64,000 nt of DNA from a virus, in IMG/VR virus record IMGVR_UViG_3300011429_000001, positions 15,962 through 79,961 of that record; one strand, written 5' to 3'. Below, one piece after another: positions 45,866 through 54,496 of this stretch. The position numbers and the translations under genes were made by a program. Positions within the stretch are counted from its first letter, which is position 1. The number at the start of each line of letters is the position of its first letter. The notes under the pieces were generated by a model, which was not told where the DNA came from, did not search any database, and was given only the letters and a program-made list of their open reading frames with translations.

Positions 45866-46176
45866 GACTCGGCCTTCTGCGCCTCGCGCACTTCGATCAT
45901 GTGAAGGACTAGCATCTCGGGGAAGCCGTTCCACTTCTCGCCGCTCGTGAAGATGCGCGCGACCCACGGAGGGTCGTCATCCATCGCGCGCTTGAGCGCG
46001 TACTCCGCGACGGCGACGTCGCCCTCGAAGACGGCGAGGACAAGGGCCGCGGTCGGCCGCCGGTAGTCGTCGGCCATCTCGTGAAGGATCCGCGCGAGCG
46101 TCTCGACGCCTTCAGGGTTCGCGCTCGCGACGAGCGCCGCCTGAACCTCAAGCACCCGCGCGTTTACGATACGCAC
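45853..46176 (-). CDS. Array paralog
   Basis: VQAALV...LVLAVFEGDVAVAE. Confidence 0.65.
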   Translation of the reverse strand: MRIVNARVLEVQAALVASANPEGVETLARILHEMADDYRRPTAALVLAVFEGDVAVAEYALKRAMDDDPPWVARIFTSGEKWNGFPEMLVLHMIEVREAQKAESCPA

Positions 46177-46517
46177 GTCACGACTCCGAGGTTGCGTGGC
46201 GCGACGACCTCGGCGCCGTAGTTCGAGATGCGATAGCGGAGCGCGTCGGCGGCGTCCTTCGCGTAGAGGCTTTTGCCGCCGCCCGGATTACCGCCGAATA
46301 GCATCGCTGCCTCACTGGTCTTCACCAGGTTGTCCGCGACGTCCTTCATCGCGCTCTCGATCGACGCCTCGGCGGCCTCGACGTTCCAGCCGTGAGCTTG
46401 GGCGAGCGCCATTACGACGCCCGCCGGGATCCGCGTGCGCTCCGAGACGACGCGAACCTCCGCGGCGATCAGCGCGCGGCGAACGACGTCGAGAGGATCC
46501 TCTGGTTGCTGCTTCAT
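46164..46517 (-). CDS. Array paralog with TerL Walker-A-like tail
   Basis: VRRALI..EVRVVSERTRIP...AHGWNVEAAE; LFGGNPGGGKS. Confidence 0.7.
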   Translation of the reverse strand: MKQQPEDPLDVVRRALIAAEVRVVSERTRIPAGVVMALAQAHGWNVEAAEASIESAMKDVADNLVKTSEAAMLFGGNPGGGKSLYAKDAADALRYRISNYGAEVVAPRNLGVVTCVS

Positions 46518-46536
46518 TGCTGCTCCTTCGCCGCCG

Positions 46537-46758
46537 TCACTCTACGTTGATGTTCTCCGCGCGCGGTCCCTTGGCTCCGTGGCCGGACTCGTAGGTGACG
46601 CGGTCGCCTTCGTTGACGTCGCTGAAGGTCGCGTTCTGAAGCGCGGTGTGATGGAAGAAGATCTCGTCGCCGCCGCCCTCCGGCTCGATGAAGCCGAAGC
46701 CCTTCCGCTTACCGGTTGCCTTGTCGACGACGATGGTCTTGATCTTGCCTGCTGCCAT
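46537..46758 (-). CDS. cspA: Cold-shock domain protein
   Basis: KGFGFI (RNP1), IFFHHTAL (RNP2), EGDRVTYE...KGPRAENI. Confidence 0.95.
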   Translation of the reverse strand: MAAGKIKTIVVDKATGKRKGFGFIEPEGGGDEIFFHHTALQNATFSDVNEGDRVTYESGHGAKGPRAENINVE

Positions 46759-46781
46759 GTGACGCTCCTAGTTGAGGTTGT

Positions 46782-48197
46782 TCACGAATTATAACCGCCG
46801 CCGTAGCCGCTGTACTGCGGTCCGGGATCGCCGTCGGCCTCCGGCATCACGGCGAGGTTCGCCCACCGCGCTTGCTCCGAGATGAACGCGAGCTTCACCG
46901 TGCCGACCGGGCCGCCGCGGTTCTTCGCGATGATGACCTCCGCGATCCCTTGGACGGCCTCGTCGTTCGGCGTATACATTTCCTGTCGGAACAACAGCAT
47001 CACGAGGTCGGCGTCGAACTCCAACGCGCCGGACTCGCGGAGGTCCGATAGGTGCGGGCGCTTGTCGTTGCGCTTCTCGGCGTCGCGGCCGAGCGCGGCG
47101 ACGGCGACCATCGCGATGTCCTCGTGCTTCGCGAGCGTCTTTAAGCCGCGCGAGATCGTCGCGACCTCCTGCTGTCGATCCCTCGCCGCCGGGTTCCCCA
47201 TCAACTGGAGGTAGTCGAGGAAGAGGAGCCGGACGCCGTACTTGTCGCGCAGCCGACGCGCCCACGCCGAGAGTTGCGTCAGCGTGTTCGCCGAGCTCAC
47301 GAAGTAGAGCGGCCGGTCGGCGAGCTTCCCGATCGCCGCCGTCACCTGCGCCCATCCACGCTCGTCGACGAGGCGACGACGGACGCGGTCCGGTGAGACC
47401 TTCGAGTGCGCGGCGACGAGGTTCCCAGCGAGCGTCTCGTCGTCCATCTCCAGCGTAATGTAGCCGACCGGTTCGTTGCGAGCGGTGACGAGGTCGGCGA
47501 TCGACGTGATGAGGCTGCTCTTACCGACGCTCGGCCGCGCCGCGACGATCGACAACTTCTTGCGCTCGAAGCCGCCGACCATGCTGTCGACGTCGGTGAG
47601 GCCGGTCAGAATGCCGGGCGCCTTGTCGGAGACCAGCGTATCGGTATACGACTTCAGTGCATCGTTGAGCGACCGCTCGCCGACCGCACCAGTGTCGGCG
47701 AGCTTCAGCAACGCGTTGACGCCTTCCTCGATGACGAGGTTGGCCGACTGGTCCGCCTCGTACGCGGCGCCGAGCAAGCGATTGGCTGCGAAGATGGCGA
47801 GCCGCAGCCGCGACTTCTCGCGCACGACCTCGCAGTAGTAGACGACGTTCGTCGAGCGCGGCACGCCGTCGACGAGGGAGGCGAGGTAGGCCGGGCCGCC
47901 GACTTCTTCGAGGTCGCCTTCCTGTTCGAGATCCTCCTTGAGGAGCACGAGGTCGAGTGGCTTGCTCGCCTGCGCCAACCGCTCCAGCCCGCGGAAGATG
48001 CGCTTGTGCGCGTCGCGGAAGAAGTCGTCGGCCGTCACGAGGAGCGCGATGTCCGTCCACGTCGAGTTCTCGATCATCGCCGCGCCGAAGATGCTGCGCT
48101 CGGCTTCGAGGTTGTACGGCAACGTCCGCTGTTGCGCCGCGTCGTGCGGCGGCGGGTCCGGGCGCGGATCGTCTTTTACTTCTGCTGCGTCGGCCAC
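46782..48197 (-). CDS. dnaB: Replicative DNA helicase
   Basis: LPYNLEAERS; AARPSVGKS; LDYLQLM; RPHLSDLRESGALEFDAD; KNRGGP; true start is the GTG at 48197. Confidence 0.96.
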   Translation of the reverse strand: MADAAEVKDDPRPDPPPHDAAQQRTLPYNLEAERSIFGAAMIENSTWTDIALLVTADDFFRDAHKRIFRGLERLAQASKPLDLVLLKEDLEQEGDLEEVGGPAYLASLVDGVPRSTNVVYYCEVVREKSRLRLAIFAANRLLGAAYEADQSANLVIEEGVNALLKLADTGAVGERSLNDALKSYTDTLVSDKAPGILTGLTDVDSMVGGFERKKLSIVAARPSVGKSSLITSIADLVTARNEPVGYITLEMDDETLAGNLVAAHSKVSPDRVRRRLVDERGWAQVTAAIGKLADRPLYFVSSANTLTQLSAWARRLRDKYGVRLLFLDYLQLMGNPAARDRQQEVATISRGLKTLAKHEDIAMVAVAALGRDAEKRNDKRPHLSDLRESGALEFDADLVMLLFRQEMYTPNDEAVQGIAEVIIAKNRGGPVGTVKLAFISEQARWANLAVMPEADGDPGPQYSGYGGGYNS

Positions 48198-48529
48198 TCG
48201 ATGATCTCCGGTGCGCGTTTCCGCGGGCGCCAAATGTGGAGCTCGCGTCGACAATGCTTCGACCACTTCACTTCGCCGAACGCCTTCTCTGCGTCCTTTA
48301 TCAGCGTCGCCGTCGGCTTGCCTCCGCCCTTCGTCTGGACGAAGACCGGTACGTCGACCGCGAGGTAGAGGAGGTCGCTGCCGAATTGATCCTTCTTCGT
48401 CGTGAAGACGCCGTTCGGCGTGTGGTTCGTTCGGACGATCTCCATGTCGGCGACCGGGTGGCCGCGTTCGAGGAGCCAGTCCTTGCTTCGCTTCTTGTAG
48501 TAGGCGCCGCGCGAGGAGTTGCTCGACAC
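48176..48529 (-). CDS. PD-(D/E)xK nuclease, Holliday-junction-resolvase-like
   Basis: RGAYY...WL...DQFGSDLL...FVQTK. Confidence 0.7.
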   Translation of the reverse strand: MSSNSSRGAYYKKRSKDWLLERGHPVADMEIVRTNHTPNGVFTTKKDQFGSDLLYLAVDVPVFVQTKGGGKPTATLIKDAEKAFGEVKWSKHCRRELHIWRPRKRAPEIIEWPTQQK

Positions 48530-49080
48530 TACAACCCCCTGCGCTTCCAGTCGGCGGCGATCTCGTACGCGCCGACCGGCGGCCGACCGAGCGGGCCGCG
48601 CGCAAACACCGATCGTCGAGCTCGACGCACGGCGCCGCGCATAAAGCGGCGCGCCCTAGCGACGTTCGTCGGGTCGTTATACCAGCGATTGATGCCGGAC
48701 GGATGCGGCATCACGACGACGTCGGCCGCGCCGATGCGCCGCTTCGCGAAGTAGACGTCGCGCACGCCGAACGCCGCGGCGGTCCGGTGCCCGAGCAGGA
48801 TGACGAGACGGCCGCGCACGAACTTCGTCGCGAGCCGCTCTGCACCGCGCCTAGCCTCGACCATCGGGAACTGCGCGCCCTTCGAGGCGCCGGGACCGGG
48901 CCACGCGTCGAGCACGTTGGCGCGGGCGAAGAGGCGAAGGAACTCTGTGATGTCGACGCCGCCGAGCGCGGCGAGGATCGACCCGCAGCGACCATCGATC
49001 GGACGGTTCAGCATGCCGGTGCGGTTCGGCGCCTCGCCGATGACGAGCGGGCGCGGCTCAGATTGGGACGGCGTTCGCAT
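48529..49080 (-). CDS. Uracil-DNA glycosylase superfamily protein
   Basis: VIGEAP (motif A), ILLG, MPHPSG (motif B). Confidence 0.82.
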   Translation of the reverse strand: MRTPSQSEPRPLVIGEAPNRTGMLNRPIDGRCGSILAALGGVDITEFLRLFARANVLDAWPGPGASKGAQFPMVEARRGAERLATKFVRGRLVILLGHRTAAAFGVRDVYFAKRRIGAADVVVMPHPSGINRWYNDPTNVARARRFMRGAVRRARRSVFARGPLGRPPVGAYEIAADWKRRGL

Positions 49081-50434
49081 CGCGTTCGAGCTCCATGCCG
49101 AAGTTGTCGATCTCGTCGCGGACGACGAGGTCAGGTCGCGGAATAAGTTTATTGGATCTGAATCCAGAGTAGTCGACGTGATGATGCCACCGTCCCCACT
49201 TCTCGACGAGCGTCGAGATGTCCGGGTGGAGCTTCACTTGCATCTGCGACTTCGGGAGCGTGCCCTCGTGCGCGTAGAACTCCGCGGTGTTCCCGCCGCC
49301 GAGGACCTGCGTCGTCGTCTTCATCTGAAGGAACGAGTTGAACTGCACCGTCACGAGACCGGCTCGAAGCATCCGGATGGAGAGGTCGGTGTCTTCGTTG
49401 TAGCGCGCGCGCCACCGATAGGGGAGGTCGTTCCGAATGAGGTTGCACGAATAGATGCGCGTGTTGAGGACGAGCGGCGGCATGATCGTCTTCCGGCTCG
49501 CGAACATAAAGTAGTTCGGCCCGGCCATGCCGACGTTTGTATAGCGGTCGACGAACGCCTCCATGCATCGGAAGATCGCGCCGGTCACGCAGGGCGTCTT
49601 CAGGTTCTGATAGAGGCGGTAGAAGCCGTCGATGTTGTCGTCCATTACCCAGTGCCACCGCGCGCCGCTCGCAATCGCGTGGTCCCAGACGAAGTTGCGC
49701 GCCGGGCCTGGGCCCTTCCCCTTCGTGCTTCCGAGGTCGTCGCACGTGTCGTATTCGTCCTGATAGGTTGTGTCGAGGACGAGCAGCGTCGCCGTCGAGT
49801 CGACGGCCGCCGCGTATTGGTCGAGCTCCTGCGCCTCCACGACGATGTAGTGCGGGACGCCCATTGCGTGAAGCGACTTGCTGGTGAGTCGACTCTCCCA
49901 TCGTCCTTTCGAGACGATGTAGATCGGGTGCATCGGAACGACCGGCGCGCCGCGGACGACGAACCGCTTGTCGACCATCGAGGCGATCTCCGCTTTCGGA
50001 TACCAGAGGGAGCGCGTCCGGTCGGTGATCGTCTGACCGATCAGGGCCGCGAACGCGTCGCGACCGGCGTCGTCCTTGAAGTGCACGGACAAGCTCTGCT
50101 TCGGCGTCAGGTCGCGTTGCTCGAACTCCGGCATCCCGCGCCAGAGATCCTTCCATCGAGGTTCGAGGTCTCCGAAGAGGGAGACCTGCCCGTCGCCGAC
50201 GTCCTCCGTCTCGACGCCGCCGAGCCAACTCGACTCGGCGGCTTCTGGTTGCTCGGTCGGCGACGGCTCGGCGACCGCGTCGATCGGCGCATCGTCAGAT
50301 CGCTCTTCCTGCTCGCGTTGCTCTTGCCGCTCCTCGATGACCTCGACGACCGCGGGCGGGATGACCGGCGCGACCGACGCGTCATTGACGTCGAGAAACG
50401 AGAGCAGAGGTTGATCGGTAATGCGCTTCTTCAC
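49058..50434 (-). CDS. TAGT/GREB1-like DNA base glycosyltransferase with fused WxGMPEF N-domain
   Basis: PIYIVSKGR...IVVE..E...Y; GPARN..W; WVMDDNI; YNEDTDLS; HHHVDY. Confidence 0.78.
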   Translation of the reverse strand: MKKRITDQPLLSFLDVNDASVAPVIPPAVVEVIEERQEQREQEERSDDAPIDAVAEPSPTEQPEAAESSWLGGVETEDVGDGQVSLFGDLEPRWKDLWRGMPEFEQRDLTPKQSLSVHFKDDAGRDAFAALIGQTITDRTRSLWYPKAEIASMVDKRFVVRGAPVVPMHPIYIVSKGRWESRLTSKSLHAMGVPHYIVVEAQELDQYAAAVDSTATLLVLDTTYQDEYDTCDDLGSTKGKGPGPARNFVWDHAIASGARWHWVMDDNIDGFYRLYQNLKTPCVTGAIFRCMEAFVDRYTNVGMAGPNYFMFASRKTIMPPLVLNTRIYSCNLIRNDLPYRWRARYNEDTDLSIRMLRAGLVTVQFNSFLQMKTTTQVLGGGNTAEFYAHEGTLPKSQMQVKLHPDISTLVEKWGRWHHHVDYSGFRSNKLIPRPDLVVRDEIDNFGMELERDANAVPI

Positions 50435-50450
50435 TGGTGGCCTCGCGCGG

Positions 50451-51008
50451 TTAGAGGAGCTTCGCCCGCAAGTACGCGACCATCGCGTCGCGGCACTTCA
50501 ACGTGTCCTTCTGATCGAGGTTCGCCGGTTGAAGCCGCGCGTAGAAGCCGTCGGCGAAGTAGACGTTGATGTAGCGGTTCTTCTCCTCGGACCGCACGTC
50601 GACGATCTTAAGCTTCGTCGCGTCGTCCGGGAACGCGGTCAGCGAGAACGTCGTGCCCTCGTCGCCGGTCGGTGCGGCAGCCGCCTTCCGACGCGTCGTC
50701 GTCGGCCGAGCCGCGCTCCGCTTCGCCTTCTTCGCCGCCGACTTCTTCGCCTTTCGTCCGCTGGTCTTGCGTGATCGCTTTGCCTTTGCCATTGCTTCTC
50801 CTTCTAGTGGTGCTGCTACTTCTGTTGACGTGTCTTGCGCTACCGGCGGTGTCGCTTCTCCCGCGTCGACCGGCCTCGACTCGGGCTCGCCCATCGTCTC
50901 GTCTTCTGTCTTTGGTGTCGTCACTTTCCGTCCCTCCGGCTTCCTCGACCGCCGAGCCTTTGCGATCTCGTCGGCGATCCGTTGCATCTCTTGGGCGATC
51001 CTACTCAT
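50451..51008 (-). CDS. Hypothetical protein with basic histone-H1-like linker
   Basis: KAKRSRKTSGRKAKKSAAKKAKR; internal AAGGAG-ATG at about 50791. Confidence 0.65.
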   Translation of the reverse strand: MSRIAQEMQRIADEIAKARRSRKPEGRKVTTPKTEDETMGEPESRPVDAGEATPPVAQDTSTEVAAPLEGEAMAKAKRSRKTSGRKAKKSAAKKAKRSAARPTTTRRKAAAAPTGDEGTTFSLTAFPDDATKLKIVDVRSEEKNRYINVYFADGFYARLQPANLDQKDTLKCRDAMVAYLRAKLL

Positions 51009-51009
51009 G

Positions 51010-51594
51010 TCATGCTCCGCGCTCGGAGGTGGTGTAGCCTTCGGCCTCCAGCCGCTTCTGTAGCTTCGTTCGATCGGCGTCGCTCTTACACTTCACCATC
51101 AGCCAATAAGAGAGCTCGGCGCCGGAGCCCTCCGCCTTGAGGTTGGCCTTTAGCTTCGAGACGGTCCACGGCTCGGCGCCGTCTCCGGCCGCCGCCTTGT
51201 CGAGCCACTTCGATTGCTCGCGCGGCGGGAGCTTCGCGACCGCCTGATGGTGCGAGTAGGTTAACTCCTCCATGTGCCGGACTTCCATCGGCACCTTCTC
51301 GGCCGCCCACTCGTAGGCGCGCACCGTCTCGTGCGACCAGCCGGTCGCGGCAGTGATGATCTGGTCGGCCTTCTCGCCCCACCGCTCGCGGAGATACTTC
51401 GCCATGTCGCCGATACCGAACTGGATACCCTTCTCCATCGAGCGGAGCTGCTTCCAGCCCTCGTTGCATTCTGAGTAGTCCGGCTCGCCTCGCACGATGA
51501 GGCCGTGCGGCGTAAGCGTGAAGTGCTTCGTTACGAGGACCGGCGCGAAGTCCGGGCCGATACGTTGCAGTTGCTCGGTCGACTGATTCGTCAT
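51010..51594 (-). CDS. LmbU-like DNA-binding protein
   Basis: FGIGD...TGWSHETVRAYEW...LTYSHHQAVA...EQSKWL...WTVSKL. Confidence 0.65.
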   Translation of the reverse strand: MTNQSTEQLQRIGPDFAPVLVTKHFTLTPHGLIVRGEPDYSECNEGWKQLRSMEKGIQFGIGDMAKYLRERWGEKADQIITAATGWSHETVRAYEWAAEKVPMEVRHMEELTYSHHQAVAKLPPREQSKWLDKAAAGDGAEPWTVSKLKANLKAEGSGAELSYWLMVKCKSDADRTKLQKRLEAEGYTTSERGA

Positions 51595-52205
51595 TGTGCG
51601 CGCTCGAAGATGGATAGCAAACGGATTCGATGATTTGTGGACCGTTGAATATAGATCATTCCGACGGTGGCCCATTGATCCTTTCGATGCATCGGCCACT
51701 GCGTATCGAGCCAGCAGAGAAGCGCGCCCGGCGTCGCGACCCGCGCGAGTCCGGCGAGCGCGCGGCGTCGGTTCGGCGGCGGCGATTGATACTTCTTCGA
51801 GTCTGCCGTCGAGTAGGGCGTGTCGGCCACGACGAGCTCGAACGGCTCGACGTCGTCCGGGATCGACGCGACGTCGCACTTGAGCTCCGCGTCCTTGACG
51901 ACGTCGCAGCGCGTGTATGGTCCGGGCGGGAGGCTCCCGCTGAAGGCGTGCAGGACGCGACCGCCGAGCGGCAGCATGCCGGTAATGAGCGGGTAGTCGG
52001 GAAACATCGCCTGAAGCCGTTCGAGGTAGTTGCCGGGATACGCGCCATAGTAGTCGCTCTTGTTCCTGTAGTCCTGCCCGAACATCCAGATGCCCTGCAG
52101 CGTCTCTCGGCCCTCGGCGCCGACGAGAACCTGTAGGTGGCTCCCCTTGAACTCCGGGAAGACGCGCGCGTAGTTCTCCGCCCGCTCGCGCAGCGAGAGC
52201 TTCAC
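51591..52205 (-). CDS. Putative amino-methyltransferase (DTPY variant)
   Basis: LHAFSG SAM-binding motif; VVADTPY in place of DPPY. Confidence 0.65.
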   Translation of the reverse strand: MKLSLRERAENYARVFPEFKGSHLQVLVGAEGRETLQGIWMFGQDYRNKSDYYGAYPGNYLERLQAMFPDYPLITGMLPLGGRVLHAFSGSLPPGPYTRCDVVKDAELKCDVASIPDDVEPFELVVADTPYSTADSKKYQSPPPNRRRALAGLARVATPGALLCWLDTQWPMHRKDQWATVGMIYIQRSTNHRIRLLSIFERAQ

Positions 52206-52924
52206 GCAACCCCCAAGTCGAACGCGATCTGTTTGCCGCGGCGGCCCGGAACGCGGGCCATCCGCTCGTCGAGCTCAGTCTGTTGAAGGCGCCGCGCCGC
52301 GTCCTCGCACTTCTTCTCGTCGATCTCGACGAGGAGCGCGCGTCGGCCGCACATCTTCGCCGCGACGCCGGTCGTACCTGACCCGGCGAAGAAGTCGGCG
52401 ATGAGCTCGTCGACGTCGGTGAAGTCGCGCACAAGTTGGAGCATCAGCGAGACCGGCTTCTGCGTCTCGTGGACCCGATCGTCGCCCTTAACGATCGGCG
52501 CTCTCCACTTCCCCATCTTCCCGTTGCCGTTCCATCGCTTAACGCCGTCCGGGTGCCAGATGGCGATGCCCTCGGCGCCCTGCGCCGGGCGGTCGCCGGA
52601 GATTTGCGGCGTGCCGCCGTCGCGGTCCCAGACGCCGGACCGGATCCATCGGTCGCCGGTAAGGCGCTTGTAGTCTCCGAGCATTTCGAGCGCGCAGAAC
52701 GCGAGCGCCCAACGGCGCGGCTTCACGATCGCGACGACGTCGGCCGGGTCGATCGGCGCGAAACCGATCTTGAAGCCCTTCGAGTTCGACCTCGCACCGT
52801 CGTGCGTCTTCTCGTCGTACGGCGGGTCACCGATGAAGTGGTCGTAGTTGTAGAGCGACGGCGCGAGCTCGCGCGAGTCGCCGAGATACAACGTGACCGC
52901 GTCGTCGGCGTAGTAGGGCGTCAC
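52202..52924 (-). CDS. DNA N6-adenine/N4-cytosine methyltransferase (beta class)
   Basis: DPPY, HETQKP, DFFAGSGTT. Confidence 0.92.
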   Translation of the reverse strand: MTPYYADDAVTLYLGDSRELAPSLYNYDHFIGDPPYDEKTHDGARSNSKGFKIGFAPIDPADVVAIVKPRRWALAFCALEMLGDYKRLTGDRWIRSGVWDRDGGTPQISGDRPAQGAEGIAIWHPDGVKRWNGNGKMGKWRAPIVKGDDRVHETQKPVSLMLQLVRDFTDVDELIADFFAGSGTTGVAAKMCGRRALLVEIDEKKCEDAARRLQQTELDERMARVPGRRGKQIAFDLGVA

Positions 52925-53133
52925 GATAGTCCCTTTACGAGCGCCACGTTGAACCTCAGCTCGGACGTCAGCCGCTCGATCTCGCGTAGCAGTCGCTGAA
53001 GATCGTCGGCCGTCGACTTGTCCGAGACGTTCGCGGTCAGGACGCGGACCGAGAGCGCGAGCGCGACCTCCTGCAGTTGCTGGCTATCGCGGACGATGCG
53101 GACGCGCTGACGGAACGCGACGCCTGAGATCAC
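52921..53133 (-). CDS. Small coiled-coil protein
   Basis: GTGA-coupled start after GGAGG. Confidence 0.55.
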   Translation of the reverse strand: MISGVAFRQRVRIVRDSQQLQEVALALSVRVLTANVSDKSTADDLQRLLREIERLTSELRFNVALVKGLS

Positions 53134-53570
53134 GCGACCTCCTCCCATACGCCGTGCCCTTCCCGCGTCGCGCGGATCGGTCCGTCGCACCCACGGTCGG
53201 TGAGCTCCTTGATTCGGATCTGGTTCTGGTCGTACATCTGCGAGTGTTTTCGGCATAGCATCATCGAGTGCTCGACGCAGTGGCGTAGCTCCGGCGCCTG
53301 ACCCATCGTCTTGCTTCGACGATGGGTCTCGTTGTAGTGCGACCATTCGCTCGGCCCTTCGCACGCTCCGAAGAGTTCGAGCCGCGTCTCCTGCGGCGCC
53401 GACTGCAGGCGGCAGTAGCCGTCTCGATCGGCGACTCGCGGCCGCACCTTTTTGATGACGGCCGTCTCCTCGCGATCCTCTCGACCCTTCTGCGTGCTCC
53501 GGCGCTCGCCCTTCGGATTCGCCAGCACGCTGTAGTCGATGCCGGTCCTACTCTTCTTCTGGCGGAGCAT
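53130..53570 (-). CDS. HNH-like protein
   Basis: RDGYC...C...WSH...MLCRKH. Confidence 0.55.
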   Translation of the reverse strand: MLRQKKSRTGIDYSVLANPKGERRSTQKGREDREETAVIKKVRPRVADRDGYCRLQSAPQETRLELFGACEGPSEWSHYNETHRRSKTMGQAPELRHCVEHSMMLCRKHSQMYDQNQIRIKELTDRGCDGPIRATREGHGVWEEVA

Positions 53571-53835
53571 CGTCGTCGTCGACCTTGACTTTAACTTTCA
53601 CCTTCTCGATGCCGTCGGGTGGTTCCAGTGTTACTTCGACGCCGCCGTAGGCGTAGTGCTTCCGGTTGTGCTTGTGCATCAACTCGCGGACCTCACCCTT
53701 CGCCTCGACCTCCTCTTCGGTCAACTTCATGCGCGCCTTCTTGATCTTGTCGTACTTGAGCGCGGCCTTTTCGAGATCTTTGATCGCGCGATCCTCCATG
53801 CCGGGTAGGTCCGCGTTGCCCGCCTTCTTCGCCAT
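53548..53835 (-). CDS. Hypothetical protein
   Basis: AGGAGGAG RBS; helical, ends KVKVKV. Confidence 0.7.
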   Translation of the reverse strand: MAKKAGNADLPGMEDRAIKDLEKAALKYDKIKKARMKLTEEEVEAKGEVRELMHKHNRKHYAYGGVEVTLEPPDGIEKVKVKVKVDDDDAPPEEE

Positions 53836-54496
53836 GCTTCTCCTCCTCCTGCGTTACCGGCGGCAACTGCCGCTGGGCCTTCCCGTCGAGTCGACCGACC
53901 GCGACCTCGAACGCCGCGCGCACTTCGCCGCGGGCCGAGACGACGCCGATCGCGATGTTCGGCCGCCGCTCGTAGCGCCCGGCGCCACCTTCGAGCAAGC
54001 CGCGGAGCCGCGCCGGTTCGACGACGACGAGCGTCGAGTCTTGCGCCTGCCGCCGCAGATCGCGGTACGCCGCGAGGAACTGCTGGCGCTTCAGCGCGAG
54101 CTCCGGTCCCGGTTCCTGCGCGCACCAGTTCGGCCACGAGCCGAAGACTTGAAGCAACGCCGCGGCGGCGACAGTGTCCTCGAACTCGATCGATTGGTAG
54201 GCGCCGATCTTCATCGCCGCCGTTTCCATACTCGTCCACGCGAGCAGCGCCTCGTCGTCCGGCGTCGGCATCAACTGTCGCCGGATCTCGGCGACGCTCG
54301 GGAAGAACCCGCTGCCCTCGCGACGGACGCGCCGGAAGGCAGCGATCACCTGTTCGGCCGGGAGGTCGGCGAGGTCCGCGGCGTAGATGCGGATGCGCGC
54401 CTCGGTCAGCTTCGCGCCGCACGCTTCCGCGGCTTCGAGGATGATGCGCCCGAACCATTCGGAGACGTTGCCGTCTCGGTCTACGCTGCTCGTCAT
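53693..54496 (-). CDS. Helicase loader/inhibitor-like protein (DUF6475-like)
   Basis: IYAADLADL...FFPSVAEI...GAYQSIEFED...FGSWPNWC...FLAAY. Confidence 0.7.
   Translation of the reverse strand: MTSSVDRDGNVSEWFGRIILEAAEACGAKLTEARIRIYAADLADLPAEQVIAAFRRVRREGSGFFPSVAEIRRQLMPTPDDEALLAWTSMETAAMKIGAYQSIEFEDTVAAAALLQVFGSWPNWCAQEPGPELALKRQQFLAAYRDLRRQAQDSTLVVVEPARLRGLLEGGAGRYERRPNIAIGVVSARGEVRAAFEVAVGRLDGKAQRQLPPVTQEEEKHGEEGGQRGPTRHGGSRDQRSRKGRAQVRQDQEGAHEVDRRGGRGEG

Noticed and set aside
48198-48605. Long N-terminal extension of dnaB in the ORF track (similar extensions at 7961..8998, 12750..13805, 51010..52434, 53693..55417, 59757..61208)
   Set aside because: Extensions overlap real upstream genes in another frame; coupled downstream starts fit better
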